NCBI GenBank assembly: GCA_040755455.1
Contig: JBFMAY010000046.1
Location: 1-32,352 of the forward strand
Source of the DNA: Thermodesulfobacteriota bacterium
Lineage (GTDB): Bacteria > Desulfobacterota > Desulfobulbia > Desulfobulbales > SURF-16
Length of the DNA stretch: 32,352 nucleotides
Direction: 5' to 3'
The notes beneath the pieces were generated by a model, which was not told where the DNA came from, did no database searches, and was given only the letters and a program-made list of their open reading frames with translations. The position numbers were made by a program, and so were the translations under genes. Of this stretch, positions 16,873 through 27,172 are shown in pieces (the stretch's first letter is position 1; every line of letters starts with the position of its first letter).

Positions 16873-18579
16873 TTATAAAATAATGCCGGCCCTTTTCAGT
16901 CCGCCGATTCCTCCCTGGAGGTTTAGGGTATTTTTGTTGCTGTTTTGCAGTATACACATGGCGTCATAGGAGCGGCTTCCCGCGTTGCAGACCAGGACGA
17001 TTTCCCTGTCTGCCGGCAGTTCATCAAGCCGATGCCGCAGCTGATTATTGGGAATGTTGAGCCAGTGCGGGTAGTATTTTTCCATCAGCGGTTCACCCTG
17101 GGCCGCGGCCCGGACATCGACAAACAGGGTGTTGTTGGCAGCGCGATTGTTGAAACGCTCCATGAATTCGTCCTGATTGATCGCTCGGTTGCGGTCTTCT
17201 AAAATATTCTGCGCCGTATTGGCCAGGACGTTGATGATGTCCATGGCAGCTGCGTAAGGAGGGGAATAGGGGAATTCCAGATTGGCAATATCCTGGACTG
17301 TGGGTCGGTACTTGAGTATGCCCGCCACAGCCCCTGTGCGAGCCAGCAGGCTGCTGCTGTTGGGGCCGATGCCCTGCACCCCGAGGACCCGCTGGGTGCC
17401 TTTTTCCACCACCATCTGCATGTAGAGCATGCCGCTGTCAGGATAAAAATGGGCCTTGTCGGCCTGCACGACAAAGGCGGCCAGGGCGTCCAATCCGAGT
17501 GCTTTGGCGGATTCCAGACTGAGGCCTGTTTTCGCCACGCAGTTGTCAAAGAGTTTGATGATGAAACTGCCGACCACTCCGTCAAAGGTTTCCGCTTTGC
17601 CCGCCAGGTTGGAGCCGATAACTCGGCCCTGGCGGTTGGCCAGGGAGCCCATGGGGGCATAGGTGCTGCTCCCGCTGACCAGATCAGGCATCTCGACGCA
17701 GTCCCCGCCGGCGTAAATGCTCGGGTCAGAGGTCTGCATGCGCCTGTTGACGACAATACCCCCGAAATTACCGATGGCCAGCCCTGCCTCACGGGCCAGC
17801 TGGCTGTTGGGCCGCACACCCACGGCAAGGATGACGAGATCCGCCTCAATAGTGCGTTTGTCAGTCTTGACCCCGGTTACCTTGCCGTTTTCCACGCAGA
17901 ATGATTCCGCCCGTTCCGAGGTGTAAACCGTGACGCCTTTTTCTTCAAGGTGGCGTTGTGCCATCAGGGCAATGTTTTTATCAAGCAGGCGGGGTAGAAT
18001 CTGGTCCATCATCTCCACCACCGTGGTCTCGACCCCCCACAGATCGGTCATGGCCTCGGCCATCTCAAGGCCGATGGCCCCTCCGCCAAGAACAACGGCC
18101 CTGCCCACCCGCCCATGGGAAAGGCGATTTTTTATGGCAACGGCTTTATGGATATCGCTGACCGTAAAAATGCCATCAGCCTCCACGCCCGGGATGGGGG
18201 GGACGAAAGGGGTGCTGCCGGTGGCCAGAACCAGTTTATCATAGGGCAACACCTCATCCCTGCCGGAGAGGAGATCCTTGACCAGCAGTTCCTTTTTCTG
18301 CCGGTCAATTTTTACGGCCCTGGTGCTGGTGCGCACGGCAAAACCCTTTTCACTGGCAAAATAGTCAGCGTCGCGTAAACTGTGAAAGGAGGTGGAGCGC
18401 AGTCCTTCCGGTTCGGCGACATCGCCGCAGACAAAGTAAGGAATGCCGCAACCACCGTAGGAAATGATGGAATCCTGATCAATTAATGTGACCTCGGCAG
18501 TCGGGTCAAGACGTTTCGCCCGGCTTGCCGCCTTGGGCCCTAAGGCAACACCGCCAACGATGAGAATTTTCTGTGACAT
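16873..18579 (-). CDS. CoA-disulfide/persulfide reductase-like flavoprotein with C-terminal rhodanese domain
   Basis: FAD site GGVALG, SYGGCGIPY redox Cys, NAD(P) site GGGAIGLE, AGGD, YSPPY, and rhodanese VDVR..VCNAGSRS..LQGG. Confidence 0.88.
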   Translation of the reverse strand: MSQKILIVGGVALGPKAASRAKRLDPTAEVTLIDQDSIISYGGCGIPYFVCGDVAEPEGLRSTSFHSLRDADYFASEKGFAVRTSTRAVKIDRQKKELLVKDLLSGRDEVLPYDKLVLATGSTPFVPPIPGVEADGIFTVSDIHKAVAIKNRLSHGRVGRAVVLGGGAIGLEMAEAMTDLWGVETTVVEMMDQILPRLLDKNIALMAQRHLEEKGVTVYTSERAESFCVENGKVTGVKTDKRTIEADLVILAVGVRPNSQLAREAGLAIGNFGGIVVNRRMQTSDPSIYAGGDCVEMPDLVSGSSTYAPMGSLANRQGRVIGSNLAGKAETFDGVVGSFIIKLFDNCVAKTGLSLESAKALGLDALAAFVVQADKAHFYPDSGMLYMQMVVEKGTQRVLGVQGIGPNSSSLLARTGAVAGILKYRPTVQDIANLEFPYSPPYAAAMDIINVLANTAQNILEDRNRAINQDEFMERFNNRAANNTLFVDVRAAAQGEPLMEKYYPHWLNIPNNQLRHRLDELPADREIVLVCNAGSRSYDAMCILQNSNKNTLNLQGGIGGLKRAGIIL

Positions 18580-18710
18580 TGCTGATCACCTGGCAAGCTG
18601 AATTACTGTTGTGGATATGAAAACGAAATCCTTGGCTGAAAAGTGTGCAATAATAGTGTAAATAAGGAGCTCTGTCATCTACTTACTGTGCAATTTATAG
18701 AATAAACAAT

Positions 18711-19658
18711 ATGTCCGCATCTGCTGAAAACCGGAAACAAAAAATTGTCGTCCTTGCAGGCCCGACCGCTGTCGGCAAGACGGAGCTTTCCCTTGCCGTT
18801 GCCGAAGAGTTCGGCTGCGAGATCATCTCCATGGATTCCATGCAGATTTACAAATATATGGACATCGGTACGGCGAAGCCCACTGCCCAAGAGCGGCAAC
18901 GCATCCCCCATCATCTCCTTGACTTTGTCGATCCTGCTGAACCATATAATGTAGGAAGTTATGTTGCCGACGCACGGCGGGCAATCAAAGAGATTGCCGG
19001 CAGAAACCGGCTGCCCATGCTGGTGGGCGGCACCGGTCTGTACATGACCAGATTGCTGGACGGCATTTTTGCGCTGCCGGAGGTGCCAAAGGAAATCAGA
19101 GACAACATCCAGACCATCTTGCAGGAAAAGGGACACGCATGCCTGCATGCTGAACTCAAAAAAGTCGATCCCGAAAGTGCGGCCAGGATTCACCCCCATG
19201 ACAGCCAGCGCCTGACCCGCGCCATGGAAATCTGGCAGGCCACGGGAATCCCCTGGAGCCGCCATCTCCGTTTTGAGAAGGAGGAAAGGGCAAAACGGCG
19301 AGCAGGTTATGACGTGCTGAAAATCGGGCTCAACTGTGACCGCATCATTCTCTACGAACGGATCAACAGAAGGGTGGATATCATGGTGGAAGAGGGGATA
19401 TTACAGGAGGTCGAGAAGCTTCTTGCCATGGGTTACTCCAGGGAGCTGAAGCCCATGCAGTCCATCGGCTATCTACATATGGTCAACTATATCGATAATC
19501 TATGGCAGTGGGACGAATCGCTGGCATATCTTGCCCGCGATACCCGGCGTTATGCCAAAAGGCAGTTGACCTGGTTTGGCCGAGATGAAGAAATCAACTG
19601 GTGCGGGCCGGCTGAGATTAACGCCGTCAGATCACTTGTGAAGGAATTTGTCGGCTAA
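18711..19658 (+). CDS. miaA: tRNA dimethylallyltransferase
   Basis: GPTAVGKT, DSMQIYKYMDIGTAKP, VGGTGLY and TRRYAKRQLTW. Confidence 0.97.
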   Translation: MSASAENRKQKIVVLAGPTAVGKTELSLAVAEEFGCEIISMDSMQIYKYMDIGTAKPTAQERQRIPHHLLDFVDPAEPYNVGSYVADARRAIKEIAGRNRLPMLVGGTGLYMTRLLDGIFALPEVPKEIRDNIQTILQEKGHACLHAELKKVDPESAARIHPHDSQRLTRAMEIWQATGIPWSRHLRFEKEERAKRRAGYDVLKIGLNCDRIILYERINRRVDIMVEEGILQEVEKLLAMGYSRELKPMQSIGYLHMVNYIDNLWQWDESLAYLARDTRRYAKRQLTWFGRDEEINWCGPAEINAVRSLVKEFVG

Positions 19659-19739
19659 TAATACTGATAAGTAAAAACATCGATAAATCATAAAGATAGT
19701 AGATTTAACTAATCCAAGAAATTAAATCAGCAAGCTGAG

Positions 19740-21518
19740 ATGAGCACTATTCGCAAACAGATAAGAACACGAAGTATGGACCCGAATATTTTCAGGGGTG
19801 CACAAGAGTTAGGGTTTTCCGCCTTGCAATCCCGTATCATTGCCGGGAGAGCAAATGGGCAGGGGGGATATGCCAATCTTGAGAGCATCCTGTTCCCGGC
19901 CCTGAAAAATCTTCATCACCCGGAACTGTTACAGGACAGCGGCAGGGCGGCTGATCATATCGTCGAGGCCATCAGGGAACGGCAAAGAATCGGCATTCTC
20001 ACCGATTATGATGTGGATGGAATCTGTTCCCATGTCGTTGTCTACGAATCTCTGCGGCGTTTTAACGTCAGTGATGGCCGGCTGATCAGTCTCATTGGTC
20101 ATAGATTGCAGGACGGATACGGCATCAGCGAAAATCTTGTTGATAAAATACTGTCCTTGAACGAAAAACCGGAACTGATCATTACCGCGGATTGCGGCTC
20201 CTCGGATGAACTGCAGATCAGCCGGCTGAAGAACAGTGGGATTTCTGTGATTGTTACCGACCACCACGCCATTCCTGTAGCCGGAATCCCTGTTTCGGCG
20301 GTGGCAACGATTAATCCCACCCGGCAAGATTGTTGTTATCCTGACAAATTCATCTCAGGCTGCATGGTAAGCTGGCTGCTTATGTGTTTGGTGCGAAATC
20401 GACTTATCGGGCATGGTATTCTGGCCGGCGACACGGCAAAACTCGGCGGGTTGCTTGATTTTGTGGGGTTGAGCACGATCGCCGATGCCGTTACTTTCAC
20501 CAGTCCGACCAACAGGGCGGTTGTCACCGGCGGACTGCAGGTCATCAATCAACTGATTAAACCGGCATGGTGCGTATTGGCAAAACAGCTTGGCAAAAAC
20601 GAAAAAAATCCATTTACCGTGGAGGATCTGGCCTTCCACATAGCCCCGCGGATAAATGCCAGGAGCAGAATGGCGGATCCCTATGCCGCCCTTAATTTCT
20701 TCACGGCTGACGATGTAGGCAAGGCAGGTGAATATCTGCAGAAACTTGAGAAAAACAATGAGGAAAGAAAAAATACCGAGCGCAACATGGTGAAAATAGC
20801 TCGGCAGAAAGCGATAAAGCTGCATGAATCGCAGAAAAGTTCGCTGGTGATCTCGGATAGTAATTTCCACGCCGGGGTGCAGGGCATTGTCGCCTCGCGG
20901 CTCGTTGACAGTTTCGGCAAGCCGGCTGTTGTGCTGAGCCCGGTGACTGAAGGAAACGTTCTTTCCGGTTCGGCCAGAACAATTCCTGAGGTGCATCTTT
21001 TCAGGGTTCTGCAGAAAATCAATGCCCGGCATCCGGATCTGTTTCTGTCGTTTGGTGGTCACAGCGGAGCTGCAGGTCTGAAAATCAGGAAAAAAGACTT
21101 TGATGTCTTTTACCATGCCTTTGAGCAAACTGTGCAGGACGAAATTCATCATAGGAATCTTGAACCGGTCATTTTGACAGACGGTAATCTGGAGGTTGAG
21201 CTGCTCAACCTTGAGACATTGATCGAACTGCAAAAGCTCGAACCATACGGCAGAGAGTTTGAAGAGCCTGCCTTCGAAGGGATTTTTACTGTATGCAAGA
21301 CCCGCATTGTGGGGGCGGAGCCGGTGCATCTTTCATTAAAACTTGAGTACAAGGGATTGGAATTCCCGGCAATCTGGTTTAATGCCATGGAAAATCCAGG
21401 TGACACACAAGTGATTAATAATGGTAATACAATAAGATGCGCTTACAAGTTAAAAATGAATAACTTTCGCGGGCGGAGAAAATTGCAATTGCTGGTTGAG
21501 TATGCTGAGCCCGAGTGA
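19740..21518 (+). CDS. recJ: Single-stranded-DNA exonuclease RecJ
   Basis: DYDVDG, ITADCG, TDHH, TIAD, PRINA, GSAR, GGHSGAAG and LEPYG motifs, plus a C-terminal OB-fold region. Confidence 0.92.
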   Translation: MSTIRKQIRTRSMDPNIFRGAQELGFSALQSRIIAGRANGQGGYANLESILFPALKNLHHPELLQDSGRAADHIVEAIRERQRIGILTDYDVDGICSHVVVYESLRRFNVSDGRLISLIGHRLQDGYGISENLVDKILSLNEKPELIITADCGSSDELQISRLKNSGISVIVTDHHAIPVAGIPVSAVATINPTRQDCCYPDKFISGCMVSWLLMCLVRNRLIGHGILAGDTAKLGGLLDFVGLSTIADAVTFTSPTNRAVVTGGLQVINQLIKPAWCVLAKQLGKNEKNPFTVEDLAFHIAPRINARSRMADPYAALNFFTADDVGKAGEYLQKLEKNNEERKNTERNMVKIARQKAIKLHESQKSSLVISDSNFHAGVQGIVASRLVDSFGKPAVVLSPVTEGNVLSGSARTIPEVHLFRVLQKINARHPDLFLSFGGHSGAAGLKIRKKDFDVFYHAFEQTVQDEIHHRNLEPVILTDGNLEVELLNLETLIELQKLEPYGREFEEPAFEGIFTVCKTRIVGAEPVHLSLKLEYKGLEFPAIWFNAMENPGDTQVINNGNTIRCAYKLKMNNFRGRRKLQLLVEYAEPE

Positions 21519-21745
21519 TACAAGCAGCTGTGGCAATCCCGATATTACCTGCGCAAAATAACCTAAAGAAATTTCGATACACGGAAGAGAGGTATCACAA
21601 TAGTTTGATTTTGTTGGAATTAATTAAATTATACATAATATACATTATGCGACATTATAATATGCTGTTTTCTTTTCGTCCATTGAGTGCTAAATAGATG
21701 GAATTTATTTTTGCCTCCCCGAACCTCTATGGAGATGATGGAATA

Positions 21746-23191
21746 ATGACCAGGGAATTTTACCAGGAACCGCTTGTCAGCCGTTATACAAGTACGGAAA
21801 TGCAGAAAATATTTTCTGAACAGTCGAAATTTGCAACCTGGAGACGTTGCTGGATTGCCCTTGCAGAGGCCCAGCACGAATTGGGACTTCACGATATCGT
21901 CACACGGGCAATGGTTGATGAGCTGAAAAAGTTCGAAAAAGACATCAACTTTGCTGTGGCTGAGCAAAAAGAAAAAGAAATCCGCCATGATGTCATGGCC
22001 CATGTGTATGCTTACGGCAAACAGTGCCCTACGGCGGAACCAATCATCCATCTCGGCGCCACTTCGCAATTTGTTGGTTGCAATACAGACCTTATTCTGC
22101 AACGCAAGGCCCTGGCCTTGATCAAAAAAGCGTTGGTGAACGTCATCGCCAATCTTGCCGCCTTCTGCCGCAAACATAAAAGCCTGGCCACCCTTGGCTA
22201 CACCCATTACCAGCCGGCCCAGCCCACCACGGTCGGCAAGCGGCATACCCTGTATATTCAGGATCTTATCATGGATCTTGATTATATCGAGACCCTGGAG
22301 AAGCAGCTCAAGGCCCGGGGGGTCAAGGGCACGGTTGGCACCCAGGCCACCTTTATCGAACTGTTCAAGAACGATCATGAAAAGGTCCGGCAGCTTGACC
22401 GGCTGGTGGCCCAGAAGTTGGGTTTTGATCAAATTTTTGCCGTTACCGGCCAGACCTATACCCGCAAACTGGACATGAAAACCGCGGAAACCCTGGCCGG
22501 CATCGGCGCCTCAGCCCATAAATTTGCCGTGGATTTGCGCCTTCTTTCAAATCTCAAGGTGCAGGAGGAGCCTTTTGCCAAGGATCAGGTCGGCAGTTCA
22601 GCCATGGCCTATAAGAGAAATCCCATGCGCAGCGAGCGCATGACAGGTCTTGCCCGTAAACTGATGGGATTGCCCGCCAATTTTGCCGCTACTTTCGCCA
22701 ATCAATGGTTTGAGCGCACTCTCGATGATTCCGCCATCCGCCGAATGGATATCCCCCAGGCCTTTCTCCTGGCAGATGCGATACTCAAACTTTATCTTAA
22801 TATTACGAGCGGAATGGTTGTTTTTCCGAAACAAATTCAACGTCACATGAAAATGGAATTGCCCTTCATGGCCACCGAGAAAATACTCATGGCCTGTGTT
22901 GAAAAGGGAGAGAGCCGCCAGGAAATGCATGAAGTTATCAAAAGGCACTCTCTTGATGCCGGAAAAGTTGTCAAGGAAGACGGCAAGGACAACGATCTCC
23001 TTGCCCGTCTGGGTGAAGATCCGCGTATCCCTTTCTCCACCGCGGAGCTTGAGGCAATGGTTGGTACAGGCCAGGAGTTCACCGGGCGGGCCACCGAACA
23101 GACCGATGAATTCCTGGCTGAAATTGTTGAGCCACGCTTGGCTTCTTGCCGGGATTTATTGGGCAATGTTGAGACTGATCTCAAGGTATGA
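21746..23191 (+). CDS. purB: Adenylosuccinate lyase
   Basis: YQEPLVSRY, RHDVMAH, IHLGATS, GYTHYQPAQPTT and SSAMAYKRNP signature. The start is more likely MTREFY at 21746 than 21698. Confidence 0.95.
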   Translation: MTREFYQEPLVSRYTSTEMQKIFSEQSKFATWRRCWIALAEAQHELGLHDIVTRAMVDELKKFEKDINFAVAEQKEKEIRHDVMAHVYAYGKQCPTAEPIIHLGATSQFVGCNTDLILQRKALALIKKALVNVIANLAAFCRKHKSLATLGYTHYQPAQPTTVGKRHTLYIQDLIMDLDYIETLEKQLKARGVKGTVGTQATFIELFKNDHEKVRQLDRLVAQKLGFDQIFAVTGQTYTRKLDMKTAETLAGIGASAHKFAVDLRLLSNLKVQEEPFAKDQVGSSAMAYKRNPMRSERMTGLARKLMGLPANFAATFANQWFERTLDDSAIRRMDIPQAFLLADAILKLYLNITSGMVVFPKQIQRHMKMELPFMATEKILMACVEKGESRQEMHEVIKRHSLDAGKVVKEDGKDNDLLARLGEDPRIPFSTAELEAMVGTGQEFTGRATEQTDEFLAEIVEPRLASCRDLLGNVETDLKV

Positions 23192-23406
23192 CATGCTTGT
23201 CTGAGACCCAAAAGCTGTATTTGCGCATTGCCCCCCGCCAGATTCATTATTTAAAGTTTCTTTTGGAAGGCTATGATGGTATGGCTGTCCTTTCAACCAT
23301 AGATGTGCAATCCGGTCTGGTAGTAATCAGGTATCCATTTCATTCACAAACTGTTCTCTTTGAACTGTTATCGGATCTGGCGGCAGATCTCTCATGTAAA
23401 CCTTGA
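23188..23406 (+). CDS. DUF4911-like small protein
   Basis: IHYLKFLLEGYDGMAVLSTID resembles the DUF4911 pattern; ATGA overlap with the purB stop. Confidence 0.75.
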   Translation: MTCLSETQKLYLRIAPRQIHYLKFLLEGYDGMAVLSTIDVQSGLVVIRYPFHSQTVLFELLSDLAADLSCKP

Positions 23407-23420
23407 AGAGAATTTTAGAT

Positions 23421-24716
23421 ATGAGACGCATATTGCTGATATTGTGTATATTTTTTTATTTTTTTCCGTCATTTTCTCTGGCTGCAGAAAATAATGATTC
23501 CACTCTGAGCCTTGAAGAATGCATCACCATCGTCGTGGACAACAACCCGGAACTTGCCATGGCCAAGGCTGACCTGGAAAACAGGGAGGCTTTGCTGCAG
23601 AGTTCCAAAAAAGACCTCTACCCTACCCTCTCCGCCCAGTACAGTTATTTGCATCAACCTGATGAAGTCTTTACGCTGCCTGATTTATTCACCTATGGGG
23701 TGAAAGCCGAACAGCCCCTTTATAAGGGCAAATCTCTTATTACCTCGGTCAAGCAGGCTGAATTGTCCCGTGAAACTTCGCGGCTGGCCATTGAACAGTT
23801 CACCAATAATCTGGTCTTTGAAGTTTATGGCCGCTATTATGAACTCCTCCGTGCTTTAAAACTTGAGGAAGAGGCCCGGCAATCAGTCCTTCGTCTTCAG
23901 TCCCACAGCAAGGATGCCAAGGCCTTTTATGAGGCGGGTCTTATCCCAAAAAACGACATGCTGCAAAGCGAGGTTGAACTTGCCCAGGGTGAGCAGAATC
24001 TCGTTGATGCGGAAAACGCATCCGCCATGGCCAAATCCCGCCTGAATGTGCTCATGGAGCGTCCTGTGGGCTCTTTTTTGAGCATTAAAGAAAGTGATGA
24101 ATATGTCATTCAGGATATCAGTTGGGATGAGGTCATTGAAGAGGCCAGAAAAAACAGGGCTGAGATTGCCCAGTCCGATAAGGCCGTGCAGATTGCTGAA
24201 AATGATATTGTGCTGAAAAAGGCGCCTTACCTGCCCTCGGTTACCCTCTCCGCCAGCTATGACCGTGTGGGCGATGAGATTGGTGCTGCGCCTGATCCGG
24301 GTATTCCCAGTGAGGTGAAAACCATCAAGGCTGTTGCCACCTGGCAGCTCTGGACCTGGATGAAGGACCGGGATGAAGTTGCTGCTGCTGAAAAAAATCT
24401 GCAGAAAGCAAAAAAATCGGTCATGAAAACAACCAATGAAATTACCCTGGATGCCAGAAATGCTTATCTTCGCCTTGAACAGGCCGCCAAAAGAATTAAA
24501 GTATCGGAAAAGGCCATCGAACATGCCAAGGAAAATTACCGGATCAACCAGGCGCAATATCAGGCACAGCTTACAACTTCGACAGATGTACTCGATGCCC
24601 AGACTCTGTTGAGCCAGGCCATGACCAATTATTATGATGCCTTATATGGCTATCAGCTCGCCTTGGCTGCCATCGATAAATCAAAGGGATTGTTCGGACA
24701 GCGTTACAGTAAATGA
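23421..24716 (+). CDS. TolC-family outer membrane efflux protein
   Basis: Signal peptide, LSLEECI..NNPEL, two OEP repeats (YPTLS / YLPSVTLSASY) and DVLDAQ near the C-terminus. Alternative TTG start at 23403. Confidence 0.9.
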   Translation: MRRILLILCIFFYFFPSFSLAAENNDSTLSLEECITIVVDNNPELAMAKADLENREALLQSSKKDLYPTLSAQYSYLHQPDEVFTLPDLFTYGVKAEQPLYKGKSLITSVKQAELSRETSRLAIEQFTNNLVFEVYGRYYELLRALKLEEEARQSVLRLQSHSKDAKAFYEAGLIPKNDMLQSEVELAQGEQNLVDAENASAMAKSRLNVLMERPVGSFLSIKESDEYVIQDISWDEVIEEARKNRAEIAQSDKAVQIAENDIVLKKAPYLPSVTLSASYDRVGDEIGAAPDPGIPSEVKTIKAVATWQLWTWMKDRDEVAAAEKNLQKAKKSVMKTTNEITLDARNAYLRLEQAAKRIKVSEKAIEHAKENYRINQAQYQAQLTTSTDVLDAQTLLSQAMTNYYDALYGYQLALAAIDKSKGLFGQRYSK

Positions 24717-26047
24717 ACGAAAAAAAATTACTTTATATAGAAACCTTCGGCTGCCAGATGAATGACCGTGATTCGGAAATTATGCGGCAGCTTCTTGCCA
24801 AGGTGTATGAGCCGACGGATATGATTCATGCGGCCGATGCCATCATTGTCAACACCTGCAGCATCCGCGACAAGGCCGAACAGAAGGCCTACAGCCTGCT
24901 CGGCGCCTTACGTAAAAGGAAACGGGACAATCCCGCATTGATCATTGCCGCCACCGGCTGCGTGGCCCAGCAGGAAGGGGCCAAGATGCTTTCCCGCATG
25001 CCCCATGTCGACCTTGTCGTGGGGCCGCAGAACATCTACCAGCTGCCGGAACTTTTCCTAAAAGCTCAGCAGCTGCGGAAAGGTATTGTGGCAACGGATA
25101 TCGCCAAATCTTTTCATATCCCCCCTTTTCTTCCCTCCCTGCAACAGGGACAGCCGCACAAACGTTTTGTCACCATCATGCAGGGATGCAACAACTTCTG
25201 CACCTATTGCATTGTTCCCTTTACCAGGGGCCGGGAAATCAGCAGAAAATCAGCAGATATCCTGGCTGAAGTAAGTCATCTGGCGGCAGGCGGGGTCAAG
25301 GAGATCACCCTGCTCGGGCAGAATGTCAACTCCTACGGCAATGATCATCCTGCTGGCCGCAGAACCAGTTTCGCCTCTCTGCTCCGGCTGGTAACGGAAA
25401 TTAAAGGAATTGAAAGAGTGCGCTTCACCACCTCAAATCCCAAGGATCTTTCCGAGGAATTGATGCAATGCTTCACGGATCTGAAAAAACTCTGTCCTCA
25501 TTTGCATCTCCCGGTCCAGTCCGGCTCAAATGCAATTTTGCAGCGCATGAATCGTAAATATACCATTGAACACTATCTGGGTAGGGTTGAAAAACTGCGC
25601 AGCTTTTGTCCTGGGGTTGCCTTGACCACCGATATCATTGTCGGTTTTCCGGGTGAGGCGGATGAAGATTTTCAAGCGACCCTGGATCTCATTGAAACAG
25701 TCCGCTATCACAGCGCATTTTCATTCAAATATTCGCCCCGGCCTCCGGCGAAATCATGCCAGTTTGCTGACTCGCTCAGCAAGGAGGAAAAAGAGGGGCG
25801 GCTGGCTGTACTCCAGGAACGGCTGCAACAGATTACCCTGGAAAGAAATCGGGAATACATCGGGCGGCGGATGGAGCTCATGATTGAAGGGGAAAGCAAG
25901 GCAGCCGACGGGCAGTGGTCCGGACGAAGCGGCACAAACCATATTGTCAATTTTCAGAGCCATGATGCCTTTGTGCCGGGGCAGCTTGTGCAGGTAGATA
26001 TCCAGGAAGCCTGTTTACACTCACTGCGCGGCAAATTATTACCATAA
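24713..26047 (+). CDS. miaB: tRNA-2-methylthio-N6-dimethylallyladenosine synthase
   Basis: TFGCQMN, NTCSIR, TGCVAQ, CNNFCTYC, LLGQNVNSY, HLPVQSGS and a C-terminal TRAM domain. Confidence 0.96.
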   Translation: MNEKKLLYIETFGCQMNDRDSEIMRQLLAKVYEPTDMIHAADAIIVNTCSIRDKAEQKAYSLLGALRKRKRDNPALIIAATGCVAQQEGAKMLSRMPHVDLVVGPQNIYQLPELFLKAQQLRKGIVATDIAKSFHIPPFLPSLQQGQPHKRFVTIMQGCNNFCTYCIVPFTRGREISRKSADILAEVSHLAAGGVKEITLLGQNVNSYGNDHPAGRRTSFASLLRLVTEIKGIERVRFTTSNPKDLSEELMQCFTDLKKLCPHLHLPVQSGSNAILQRMNRKYTIEHYLGRVEKLRSFCPGVALTTDIIVGFPGEADEDFQATLDLIETVRYHSAFSFKYSPRPPAKSCQFADSLSKEEKEGRLAVLQERLQQITLERNREYIGRRMELMIEGESKAADGQWSGRSGTNHIVNFQSHDAFVPGQLVQVDIQEACLHSLRGKLLP

Positions 26048-26100
26048 AAGAGATGTCTGTCGATTTTCATCAGGCCATCTTTCTGCAGACCGGAGATATT

Positions 26101-26748
26101 ATGATCGATCTTCATACCCATTGTTTTTTTAGTGACGGTGCACTGGTTCCAGCCGAGCATGTGCGCCGGGTTGAGGTTCTCGGCTATGCGGCGATTGCCA
26201 TTACGGATCATGCTGATTCCTCTAATATCGATTTCATCCTGCCCAGACTCCTGAAAGCGGCTGCGGATATGAATCGTTTTACGTCCACCAGGCTGCTGGC
26301 AGGAATCGAGCTGACCCACGTGCCGCCGGAATTGATGGAGGAATTAACCCGCTATGCCAGAAAACTGGGAGCTCATATCGTTGTGGCCCATGGGGAGACG
26401 GTGGTTGAGCCGGTGCGGCCGGGGACGAACAGGGCGGCTCTGGAGGCAGGGGTTGATCTGCTGGCCCATCCGGGTTTTATCGCGGTGGAAGATGCCCGTC
26501 TTGCTGCGGATAAAGGAATTATGCTGGAATTATCCGGGCGTCGGGGGCATTCGCTGACCAACGGTCATGTGGCCAAAATCGCAGAGATGTGCGGCGCCAA
26601 GCTCGCGGTAAACGCTGATGCCCATGGGCCGGGGGATTTTTTGACCAAAGACATGGCAAGGATGGTGGCACTCGGCGCAGGGTTAACCCTGGAACGCTAT
26701 GAGCAAATCCGCCGGGACATGGCGGACTTTGTCGCCGCTATCCGGTAA
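26101..26748 (+). CDS. PHP-family phosphoesterase (histidinol-phosphatase-like)
   Basis: DLHTH..SDG, ITDH, GIE, AHGE, AHP and DAH metal motifs. GGAGA RBS before the ATG at 26101. Confidence 0.85.
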   Translation: MIDLHTHCFFSDGALVPAEHVRRVEVLGYAAIAITDHADSSNIDFILPRLLKAAADMNRFTSTRLLAGIELTHVPPELMEELTRYARKLGAHIVVAHGETVVEPVRPGTNRAALEAGVDLLAHPGFIAVEDARLAADKGIMLELSGRRGHSLTNGHVAKIAEMCGAKLAVNADAHGPGDFLTKDMARMVALGAGLTLERYEQIRRDMADFVAAIR

Positions 26749-26758
26749 CATAAGGTTT

Positions 26759-27172
26759 TCACAGTGAGCAGAATTTCCTGATGGCGGCAAATTTTTGTGG
26801 GCCTATCCCCTCCACCGCAAGTAATTCGTCAATATCGCGAAACCCTTGCCGTGCATTGCGCAGGGCGATGATTCTTTCCGCCAGTCTGGGACCGATTCCG
26901 GGAATTGTCTCAAGAAGCTGACTGTCGGCACTGTTAAGCGGCACCGGCAGAAAGAGAAACGGCCTCATCCCGGCAGAAGTATTGCCGGCAGATATCAGGT
27001 TTGCCGCCCGGATTGCCTGTTGCTGCTTCGCAGAATTTACGGCAGATCCTGTCGCAGCTTCATGATGAATAAATGAGCTGAACCAAACCAGCAGACCAGC
27101 AGCAAGCAGGACCACGATACGGAAATCCCTGCTGCCGGTCAGCTGTAGGCTGTTATGCTTTTTTTCTCTCAT
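26759..27172 (-). CDS. ComEA-like helix-hairpin-helix DNA-binding membrane protein
   Basis: N-terminal transmembrane segment, then two HhH motifs (LNSADSQLLETIPGIGPRLAERII..LLAVEGIG). Confidence 0.82.
   Translation of the reverse strand: MREKKHNSLQLTGSRDFRIVVLLAAGLLVWFSSFIHHEAATGSAVNSAKQQQAIRAANLISAGNTSAGMRPFLFLPVPLNSADSQLLETIPGIGPRLAERIIALRNARQGFRDIDELLAVEGIGPQKFAAIRKFCSL

Noticed and set aside
20355..21329. 324-aa - strand ORF, and similar antisense ORFs over serC, purB, tolC, cimA and rtcB
   Set aside because: Antisense shadows of well-supported genes.
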